Shown piece after piece: positions 56,510-64,000 of a DNA stretch of 64,000 nucleotides. Origin of the DNA: Myxococcota bacterium (lineage in GTDB: Bacteria; Myxococcota_A; UBA796; GCA-2862545); the NCBI GenBank assembly GCA_039208735.1, contig JBCCQY010000003.1:32001-96000 (forward strand). Direction: 5' to 3'. The translations under genes and the position numbers were made by a program. The notes under the pieces are model-generated. The model ran no database searches and was not told the DNA's origin. It saw only the letters and a program-made list of their open reading frames with translations. Each line of letters opens with the position of its first letter. Within the stretch, counting starts at the first letter, position 1.

Positions 56510-56565
56510 CGTCTGGCTTGAGGAGGCTTGACCGGGTAATTCGCCTGCCTGCGGAGGAGGATGCC

Positions 56566-56943
56566 ATGTGGGGGATGCGTTGGGGCCTGATGGCTTTGGT
56601 CGTGGGGTGTGGACGACTCGATGGCGAATCGTGGCCTGCGCAAGCCGCAGATGCCACCTGCGATTTCAGCCGCAGCTGTGCCGAAGCCAACTTCTTCACG
56701 CAGTACGACAACATCAATGATTGCCGGGCTGATAACGAGGCGTCGTTGCAGGCTGAGGCCGACGACAACGCGGACTGCGAGTTCAATCAGACAGCAGCGA
56801 GGGCGTGCATCGATGCGCTGAAGGGTTCGTGTCGAACGGCCGGTGAGGAAGCTAAGACCCTGTTTGAACCTTGTCAGATCGTTTGGGACTGTGCCGACGT
56901 CCGCCGGCCCCTTGACCGCGACACGACCGACAGCGGCATCTGA
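56566..56943 (+). CDS. Small Cys-rich lipoprotein
   Basis: Lipobox VVGC; GGAGG RBS. Confidence 0.75.
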   Translation: MWGMRWGLMALVVGCGRLDGESWPAQAADATCDFSRSCAEANFFTQYDNINDCRADNEASLQAEADDNADCEFNQTAARACIDALKGSCRTAGEEAKTLFEPCQIVWDCADVRRPLDRDTTDSGI

Positions 56944-56986
56944 CAAGGCGAGAGATCGTTCGGAGAGAGGATGGTACGGGACGAGC

Positions 56987-58189
56987 GTGCAACACGTCCT
57001 GATTCTCCTCACCCTGTGGCTCACGCTCTTTACGCAGTCGAGCCAGTTTCTCATCGTTGCGCCGGTTCTACCTCGAATCGGTGAACAGCTGCACGTCGCC
57101 CCGGAGTACCTGGGCTTGCTCGTGACCGGCTATGCCGTGGGCACGGCCATCTTCGCGACGATTGCAGGTCCGATCTCAGACCATGTGGGCCGTCGGGTGA
57201 TCCTTCGCGTGGGAACCCTCGCCATGGGCGTCGTGCTGATGCTTCACGGACTGGCGGCCGATTTCGTTTCGTTACTTGTGTTGCGCTGTATGGCGGGCGC
57301 AGCGTCGGGCATCCTCGCGGGCGCGGCGGTGGCCTACGTAGGCGATGTCGTGCCCTACGAGCGTCGAGGTGCGGCGATGGGCGTTGTGATGTCCGCGATG
57401 GCGTTTGGCCAGATCCTGGGGATTCCGATCGGCACGTTGCTGGCGGGTAGTTTTGGTTTCCAGTCCGCGTTCATCAGCTTCGGGTTTGTGATGGCGGCTG
57501 CCTTTGTCCTGACCATGGTGGCGCTGCCCGACGTAGACATGGGAGACGTCGGACCCCTCGGAATCCGCGAAGCGGTCCAGAGCTACACCTCGTTGTTGTC
57601 ACGGGCCGACATCCGGGCTGTAGCCGCCGCCGCGGTCCTCATGATGCTGTCGGTGTCGAGCTTCATCGTTTACCAACCGACCTGGCTCGAAGAGTCCTTT
57701 GGGGCCAGCCCCAATGCTGTAGCGAGCTTGTTCTTGGTCGGCGGCATTGCGAACGCGCTGTTCGGCCCCCTCGCCGGAAGGCTGTCGGATCGCATCGGGC
57801 GGAAGGGGTTGGTGGTTGGAGGCAGCGTCGCCCTGGCCATTCTGATGATGATCACGCCATTCGTGCCGAATTTCGTGCTCATCTACGGATTGTTCTTCGT
57901 GGTCATGGGCACCGTGGCCCTGCGGATGAGCCCTTACAATGCGCTTCTCACCGCGATGGTCGACCAACACCATCGAGGCTCGTTGATGAGCTTGTCCATG
58001 GCGTTCAGCCAAGTGGGCTTCGCCCTGGGTGCCGCCGTCGCGGGCTGGACCTACGTCGAGTTCGGCTACACGGGCAACGCCATTGCCGCGGGTCTTGGGG
58101 CTCTTGGGGTGGGCGCGATCATTGGTCGGTGGGTCATCGAACCCACCGCCGACGCCGACCATCCGCACGTAACCGACGCTGCCGCGTAG
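56987..58189 (+). CDS. MFS transporter
   Basis: GPISDHVGRR and GRLSDRIGRK motifs; ~12 TM helices. Confidence 0.93.
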   Translation: MQHVLILLTLWLTLFTQSSQFLIVAPVLPRIGEQLHVAPEYLGLLVTGYAVGTAIFATIAGPISDHVGRRVILRVGTLAMGVVLMLHGLAADFVSLLVLRCMAGAASGILAGAAVAYVGDVVPYERRGAAMGVVMSAMAFGQILGIPIGTLLAGSFGFQSAFISFGFVMAAAFVLTMVALPDVDMGDVGPLGIREAVQSYTSLLSRADIRAVAAAAVLMMLSVSSFIVYQPTWLEESFGASPNAVASLFLVGGIANALFGPLAGRLSDRIGRKGLVVGGSVALAILMMITPFVPNFVLIYGLFFVVMGTVALRMSPYNALLTAMVDQHHRGSLMSLSMAFSQVGFALGAAVAGWTYVEFGYTGNAIAAGLGALGVGAIIGRWVIEPTADADHPHVTDAAA

Positions 58190-58207
58190 AGCGTCAGCGC
58201 CGAGTCA

Positions 58208-58444
58208 TCAGGTGCCGAACGCGACTTGCAGGACGAGCTGGAAGATCTCTTGGGCTTCTTGCAGCCGCCCAAGGTCGACCAGGGTCCGCGCGTAGGCCAA
58301 GGCCTCGAGGGCGGACAAGTCGCCTTCGATGAGGTTGACCACAAGGTCTCGGGAAGGAGCCACCGAGCGGATCAGGTTCAAGCAGGCCTCTTCGTCGACC
58401 TGCATCACATCCCACAACGTCTGAAACCAGAGATTGACGTCCAT
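58208..58444 (-). CDS. Small helical hypothetical protein
   Basis: Protein-like ORF with a TPR-like end; fills the gap. Confidence 0.55.
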   Translation of the reverse strand: MDVNLWFQTLWDVMQVDEEACLNLIRSVAPSRDLVVNLIEGDLSALEALAYARTLVDLGRLQEAQEIFQLVLQVAFGT

Positions 58445-58548
58445 ATGGTCTATGTAGTCCAATTCTGACCCGCCGGCCGAAATTGTTTGTCACCCGCTCG
58501 ATTGGTGTGTGGCGCGCTACGAGGAACGGACGTGAAGGAGAGCGCATC

Positions 58549-59142
58549 GTGGGTGGATCCGTTTGTGAACAACGCGCCCGTTCGCTGGTGACGGCTTTGC
58601 ATCGAGAGCTCCGGGATCTCGGCTTTCGCAAGCGGGGGTCCTGGCTGCGCGCCGTGCATCCGGCGGAGCCGCTCGGAGTGGCGCAGGTTCTGGGGGTTCA
58701 GCTCACGCAAGGCAGCCAGAAGAAGGATTGCCGCGGCTACATCAACGTTGGGGCGGGTTTGCTGGGGCTTCCGGAGCATTCGTTGGATTCGGAACGGCTT
58801 CGACCACAGGACTGTCTTCTCGCCGAACGCATCGGTGAGCACTGGGATCTCGATGATGATCTCGATGATCTCGCGGCAGAGGTGGGCGAGCAGGCTCAAG
58901 CCTGGTTCGAGGCACGCATCGAGGCAGACGCGTTGCTCGCTCCCTTCGCCGATCGCGACCCATCCACCGTTCGAGCGTGGTTGGGGCAGGTCGAACCCGT
59001 GGTTGCGGCCTGGGTCTCGAGAGGACAAACCGATGCGGCGCGGGAGCTGTTGCTCGCGAAACGGGCGGTCCTCGAGCAACGCTCGGGTGACGCCGTTGAA
59101 CGGCTCGATGCCTTTGGAAAAGCCCTCGGCCTATTGGCGTAA
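58549..59142 (+). CDS. DUF4304-like protein
   Basis: LRDLGFRKRG..Q..YINVG pattern. Confidence 0.55.
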   Translation: MGGSVCEQRARSLVTALHRELRDLGFRKRGSWLRAVHPAEPLGVAQVLGVQLTQGSQKKDCRGYINVGAGLLGLPEHSLDSERLRPQDCLLAERIGEHWDLDDDLDDLAAEVGEQAQAWFEARIEADALLAPFADRDPSTVRAWLGQVEPVVAAWVSRGQTDAARELLLAKRAVLEQRSGDAVERLDAFGKALGLLA

Positions 59143-59154
59143 AGGAGCACGGGC

Positions 59155-60399
59155 ATGCTGGTTTGGTGGGTTGCCTTTGCGTGCACCCCGTCCGACGACG
59201 GTCCCCGACGGGTCGACGTTGCCGCGTTTTGTGAGAAGGAGCCTCTGGCCGGTGTTTGCGGGGGAGTCGGCGTCCCGGGGCTTGCCGTGGGCAGCGACCG
59301 CCAAGGTGAGCACATCGTAGCCCACAGCCGCGCCACGCTGGTCGAAAAACGTCGGGTGTACGAGGAACGCGTCGCGGCCTGGGGGGGCCTCGAACGCGCC
59401 CCGGACCTGGTGGAGGACCCGACGCCCGATGGCTTGGCCGACACCGAGGGGACGTTGTCGCTCCACACCTGTGGCGATCCCCCAGCCGACACGGTCCCCG
59501 ACGGTCTTGGAGGCTGCAAGATGGTGTTTGGGACCGACTCGCGGCGCATCGTCGACAAGGATCAGACCTACCCGAACAACAAGTTCGTGACGTTCACCAT
59601 GGGGTTTGGGCCAGGCGATGATGCTCCACTCAACGTGTGTTCGGGCACCTTCATCGATTCCGATCATGTGCTGACCGCTGCCCACTGCACCTACGACACG
59701 CGGGATGACACCTGGCAGTGGGCGAGTCGTGGCGACATCAATCCCGGCGACGTGCGGACCACACTCGGGGTGGATGAGGGAATGGGCTACGTCTGCCGGG
59801 CCGGCTGGATTGACGATGCGGCGACGTTCCAGGACCGATGCGAGTTTGTGGACGTGCGGTGGGTGCCTGACGAATACATCGCGGCGAGTGACGATCGGAC
59901 GTTACGGGCGGTGAAGCAGGACTACGCCATTCTTAGAGTCCGTCGGGACCACCACCCGCGAGGCCTTGGAGCGGGCGCGTGGATGGCCATTTCGGCCATT
60001 CGAGCCGGCAATCGCTACCAGAAGCGCGAGGCGGTAGTGCATGCCTACCCGGGGGTGCATCCGCCGGGCCGATCTTGGAACTGGGACGCCCGGTCTTTCA
60101 CCAATCAGGGTGAGATGTGGGAGGTCTGGGGAGCCCGTCAGTATCGGGCTACGGGGCCGATTGCTCGAGCCACCACCCGCAACGTCCTTCGCAGCAAGTA
60201 TGATTGTAGTGCCGGGATGTCGGGAGCCGCGGTGTTCTACTACATCAATGACGCAACGGAGTACGCTGGGCAGGCCCATTACATCCTTGGTGTGCACGCC
60301 GCGGATGAGGTCGATAATGACGGGTCAACCGGTGATGACCACTGCGTTGGACCCACCGCCCGGCAATTTCGCGATTGGGCCATCGGCATCCTGCCATGA
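59155..60399 (+). CDS. Trypsin-like (V8-type) serine protease, exported
   Basis: CSGTFI, LTAAHC, DYAIL, GMSGA. Confidence 0.88.
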   Translation: MLVWWVAFACTPSDDGPRRVDVAAFCEKEPLAGVCGGVGVPGLAVGSDRQGEHIVAHSRATLVEKRRVYEERVAAWGGLERAPDLVEDPTPDGLADTEGTLSLHTCGDPPADTVPDGLGGCKMVFGTDSRRIVDKDQTYPNNKFVTFTMGFGPGDDAPLNVCSGTFIDSDHVLTAAHCTYDTRDDTWQWASRGDINPGDVRTTLGVDEGMGYVCRAGWIDDAATFQDRCEFVDVRWVPDEYIAASDDRTLRAVKQDYAILRVRRDHHPRGLGAGAWMAISAIRAGNRYQKREAVVHAYPGVHPPGRSWNWDARSFTNQGEMWEVWGARQYRATGPIARATTRNVLRSKYDCSAGMSGAAVFYYINDATEYAGQAHYILGVHAADEVDNDGSTGDDHCVGPTARQFRDWAIGILP

Positions 60400-61028
60400 G
60401 GAACTCGACCATGCTGCGCCTGCTGCCTCTTGTCGTTGTCGCTGTGGGTTGTGACGGTTCGCAGATCGATCTCACGCCACTGGTGTTTGGCGACCTTTGC
60501 GAAGACGCGACGTTTGCCCCTGTGACGTCGGATGCGCTGGAGCCCGAGACGCGGGCCCAACTTGACGAGCTGCTCGCCGCGCAGGGCGAGGTGGCCGATG
60601 ACGTGCTGTGGAGCGACGATCTGGCCGACACCATCGCGTTTGCGCTGGCCGTCGAAGAAGGCACGCTAGTGCAGCGCACGGGACCGAACGATTTCTGCCC
60701 TGAAGCGGTGTTTACCACTGTGAACTACACGGTCACGACCGAGTCGGGCCGGCTCGACCTTGCCGCGTCGGGCTCTGTCGATCTCGAGAATGCGTTTCGA
60801 AACGGGGAGCTGCAGCTCAACCACGCATTGGCCTTTGAGGAGTCGGCCCCGATTCGCACCGACCTGGCGCTTGATGAGTGGCAAGATGTCTGGATGAACC
60901 TCGGGTCCCGCGACAAGCAGCTCACCAATGTTGAGGTTGCCTACAGCACGTCGCAGACATCCACACTGTGCCGACGGGCGGCCGTGTTGGCGAGCAAGTC
61001 GGCCTCGCTCGACGCCAACTGCGACTAA
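60396..61028 (+). CDS. Hypothetical lipoprotein
   Basis: Lipobox AVGC; ATGA overlap with the protease gene. Confidence 0.7.
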   Translation: MRNSTMLRLLPLVVVAVGCDGSQIDLTPLVFGDLCEDATFAPVTSDALEPETRAQLDELLAAQGEVADDVLWSDDLADTIAFALAVEEGTLVQRTGPNDFCPEAVFTTVNYTVTTESGRLDLAASGSVDLENAFRNGELQLNHALAFEESAPIRTDLALDEWQDVWMNLGSRDKQLTNVEVAYSTSQTSTLCRRAAVLASKSASLDANCD

Positions 61029-61336
61029 AGCAGCGCGAAGAATCCAAGCCCTAGCGTCACTACGAGCGTGGCCGCTCCGAGCCCCATGGCCAACAGCGCC
61101 CGCATGAAACGAGGGGTCGGCGGCTCGTGTTCGGCCCGCAGGGCATCGGCTGCGGTTTGGAACCAGCGGATGGTCAAACAGGCGCCCACACCGGTTTCGG
61201 CGAGGGCCACGGCCGCGAGGGCACCGAATGGGCTGCTGACCAACGAGAAGGGATAGGCCACAGCTCCGAATGCGAGCGTGGCCGTCGCGAGCGGCTGCAA
61301 GGCTTGCCAGGGGTCGTCGATCTGTGGCGCAACCAT
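61025..61336 (-). CDS. Small membrane protein
   Basis: Three hydrophobic segments; GAGG RBS. Confidence 0.55.
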   Translation of the reverse strand: MVAPQIDDPWQALQPLATATLAFGAVAYPFSLVSSPFGALAAVALAETGVGACLTIRWFQTAADALRAEHEPPTPRFMRALLAMGLGAATLVVTLGLGFFALL

Positions 61337-61443
61337 CGGTTCCCCTCGGTTGAGGATGAGGCTACGTCGCGAGTCGTCGCGCTATTGCGGCTTGGGTGCG
61401 CCTGCCCGGGCGACAAGCCGCACTCGGGCGACTAGGGGGCCGT

Positions 61444-63312
61444 ATGACGACGAACGCACTGCCCTTTGGACACTGGCCCTCTCCCATCACCGCGGATGAC
61501 CTCTCGGGCGACCTGCGCCTATCTGGCGTGACGTGGGCGGATGACGAGACGGTGGTTTGGAGAGAGGGGCGCTCCGGCAAAGGGGTCCTCGTCGCGGGCA
61601 GTCGGGCTCGGGGGCCGCGGGACCTGACACGCGCCCATGATGTGCAAGCGCAGGTCGGCTATGGAGGCGCTGATTTCACCGTTCACAACGGCGATGTGTA
61701 CTTTTCGGAGCGCGGCGTAGGCCGACTTTGGCGCATGCCCCTCGACGTCGGCGCACCCAGGCCGGTGACTCCCGCCGGGGGACACATTGCCGATCCCCAG
61801 GTGGCCCATGGTTGGGTGCTCTACGTGCATTCGGATTCGGAGGGCATCGATCGCATTGCGGTGGTGGATGCCGAAGGAAAACGTTGGCCCCAGATCCTCG
61901 CTGAGGGTCACGACTTCTATATGCAACCTCGGTTCTCGCCGGATGGGCGGCAGGTTGCGTTCATTGCCTGGGATCACCCTAGGATGCCCTGGGATGGCAC
62001 CACGCTCTACCACGGCCGATTCGAGGACGGACGCCTGCGCGAGGTCACGGCGGTGGCCGGAGGCCCGAAGACCGCCGTGTTCCAACCGGAGCTGCTGGCC
62101 GATGGCACGCTCCTGTACGTCAGCGACGAGACCGGCTGGGGTCAGCTGTGGCGGCATGACCTCACGACCGGTCAGCGAACCCGGCTTAGCGAAGATGGGG
62201 TTGAATACGGGCGACCCGCCTGGGTGCAGGGGCTACGCAGCTACTGTCGCCTTGCTGGCGACCGGGCGGTCGTCTGCATCCGAAACGAACGGGGCATCGA
62301 GCGGCTCGAACGCATCGACCTCGATTCGGGCCAGCGCACCCTCCTCCAATGCGATTCCACGTCGTTCGACCACATTGCAGCGGCCCCCGAAGGCGAACGG
62401 ATTGCCTGGGTGGGCGCCGCGGATCGAACTCCGCCGCGCGTGTGGGTGATGGATCTGGCATCCGGCGAGGTGGAGGTACGGGCGCACGCGTCGATGGAGC
62501 GTGTCGCACCCTCGCGCCTGGCCACCTGCGAACCCATCGCGTGGCCCACGGCGTCCGGCGAAGAGGCCTACGGCATGTTCTACCGGCCCGCCGGCGGTGT
62601 GGGCCCGGATGGGGAACGCCCTCCGCTCATCGTCTTCGTTCACGGGGGGCCGACCACCCAAGTTCGCGCCAGCTGGGATGCGCGCACGCAGTACTTTGCC
62701 ACCCGCGGCTACGCGGTGCTGTGGGTGAACTACCGGGGGAGTACGGGGTTTGGGCGCGCCTACCAAACGCGTCTGCGCGAATCGTGGGGCGTCCTCGACG
62801 TTGAAGACTGCGCATCGGCGGTCGCCTTCCTCGCAGGTCGTGGCGACATCGATGGTGACCGTTGCGTGATCGCGGGTGGCTCAGCCGGGGGATACACGGT
62901 TTGGCAGTCGCTGATTCATGCACCTGACGTATTCGCAGCGGGAATCGCCTATTATGGTGTGGCTGACCTCTTCTCGCTTGCCCGAGACACTCACAAGTTC
63001 GAGTCGAGATACCTCGACTCTCTCGTGGGCACCCTCCCCGAACATACCGCTCGTTACCGAGAACGGTCGCCGGTCTACCATGCCGACAAAATTACGAAGC
63101 CGGTCGCGGTCTATCAAGGGTCTGGGGACCGCGTCGTGCCGCAGAATCAGTCCGATGCGATCGTGAAATCCCTTGTAAAGAACAGGGTTTCTCACGTCTA
63201 CCACATCTACGAGGGCGAAGGGCACGGATTCCGGAAAGCCGAGACGTTGCAGCACTGGTTCGCCAGCATGGAAGAGTTCCTGAAGACCTACGTGCTGATT
63301 CACGGAGCGTGA
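61444..63312 (+). CDS. S9 family (acylaminoacyl/prolyl oligo) peptidase
   Basis: PFGHWPSPI, HGGPT, NYRGSTG, GGSAGG, D-RVVP, EGHGF. Confidence 0.95.
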   Translation: MTTNALPFGHWPSPITADDLSGDLRLSGVTWADDETVVWREGRSGKGVLVAGSRARGPRDLTRAHDVQAQVGYGGADFTVHNGDVYFSERGVGRLWRMPLDVGAPRPVTPAGGHIADPQVAHGWVLYVHSDSEGIDRIAVVDAEGKRWPQILAEGHDFYMQPRFSPDGRQVAFIAWDHPRMPWDGTTLYHGRFEDGRLREVTAVAGGPKTAVFQPELLADGTLLYVSDETGWGQLWRHDLTTGQRTRLSEDGVEYGRPAWVQGLRSYCRLAGDRAVVCIRNERGIERLERIDLDSGQRTLLQCDSTSFDHIAAAPEGERIAWVGAADRTPPRVWVMDLASGEVEVRAHASMERVAPSRLATCEPIAWPTASGEEAYGMFYRPAGGVGPDGERPPLIVFVHGGPTTQVRASWDARTQYFATRGYAVLWVNYRGSTGFGRAYQTRLRESWGVLDVEDCASAVAFLAGRGDIDGDRCVIAGGSAGGYTVWQSLIHAPDVFAAGIAYYGVADLFSLARDTHKFESRYLDSLVGTLPEHTARYRERSPVYHADKITKPVAVYQGSGDRVVPQNQSDAIVKSLVKNRVSHVYHIYEGEGHGFRKAETLQHWFASMEEFLKTYVLIHGA

Positions 63313-63346
63313 ACAGCCGCGGTTCTCTGGGCCATCGACCGGCGTT

Positions 63347-64000
63347 ATGCGCGATTGGTTCGGAGAGAGGTGTTCCTTGGTGACGCACCACCGGCCCTAT
63401 CGCGTAAAGTACTGCCGAATCCTGCGGGATTCGCTCGCCGAGCGCGAAATGACGGCGAAGCAGCTCTCGGATGCTGTCGGGCGCTCCAAATCGTGGACGA
63501 GTCAGATCCTCAACGGCAAACGGTCCCTTCGTCCCGATGGCGCAGAGCGGCTGGCGAGGGCGTTGCGACTTCCAGAGCCCAGACGCCGTGAGCTGATCAC
63601 CTTGGTCCAAATGGATCGGGAGGTCCCAGGCACTTCACGACAGCGGCCCATGGGGGCCTCTGAACTCGTCGAATCGCCAGAGCGGGCCCGCCGGGGGCTG
63701 GCCGAGTGGTACGTGGGAGCAATCGTCGAACTGTCAGGTTGTGAGGGCTATAAACCTGATCCAGGGTGGATCGCGGCGACGCTCCGACCCCGTATTACGC
63801 CTGCGCAGGCGAAAGATGCCATGGACCGGCTCGTACGGATCGGCCTGCTCGACACGGCCTACCGGCGCATCGCATCGAAGGGTGACTTTGGGTTTTCGAC
63901 CGCGCCCGATGCCGAGATGTCGCCGGCCGCCAAGGTGTTTCACCGGGGCCTCAATGACTTGGCGACCGAGGCCCTGGAGCGCAACCAGTCCAATGAACAG
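63347..64000 (+). CDS. TIGR02147/DUF4423 family HTH protein, 3'-partial
   Basis: Translated by hand (absent from the ORF track): XRE-like AKQLSDAVGRSKSWTSQILNGKR; WYVGAIVEL..DPGWIAATLRPRITPAQA..LVRIGLL. Confidence 0.85.
   Translation, partial: MRDWFGERCSLVTHHRPYRVKYCRILRDSLAEREMTAKQLSDAVGRSKSWTSQILNGKRSLRPDGAERLARALRLPEPRRRELITLVQMDREVPGTSRQRPMGASELVESPERARRGLAEWYVGAIVELSGCEGYKPDPGWIAATLRPRITPAQAKDAMDRLVRIGLLDTAYRRIASKGDFGFSTAPDAEMSPAAKVFHRGLNDLATEALERNQSNEQ

Noticed and set aside
1..64000. Many long overlapping or antisense ORFs (e.g. 29484-31151, 33515-35203, 50728-52464)
   Set aside because: They are Arg/Pro/Gly-rich shadow frames of motif-bearing genes, as expected in high-GC DNA.

Overview
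GC-rich, gene-dense bacterial window, probably from an uncultured Myxococcota/deltaproteobacterium. This is inferred from TIGR02996-LRR, TIGR02147, MxcI-like, MXAN_0976/0977-type and Cys-Asp repeat proteins. It holds about 58 CDS or CDS fragments; I saw no rRNA, tRNA or CRISPR array. Best candidates for undescribed systems: (1) a translationally coupled operon of an M48 pseudo-peptidase, a GTPase-dead dynamin-like protein and an intact dynamin-like GTPase (43696-48130); (2) a secreted protein colinear with animal CLCA metalloproteases, with ten Cys/Asp repeats, inside a ~7 kb segment bounded by truncated genes and containing an IS110 remnant and a ~200 bp duplicated promoter (2609-9547); (3) a solo cholesterol-dependent-cytolysin-like lipoprotein with a beta-propeller in place of domain 4 (12807-14786); (4) a Ser/Thr kinase-OmpA-LysM/FecR-barrel operon facing an FHA/HTH gene (19477-24744). 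Also notable are a GluR0-like channel with a non-canonical NGGFEE filter, an MbnP/MbnH pair and several unusual domain fusions. All family calls come from reading motifs by eye, not from database searches, and many start codons were reassigned by eye using RBS position and stop/start overlaps.
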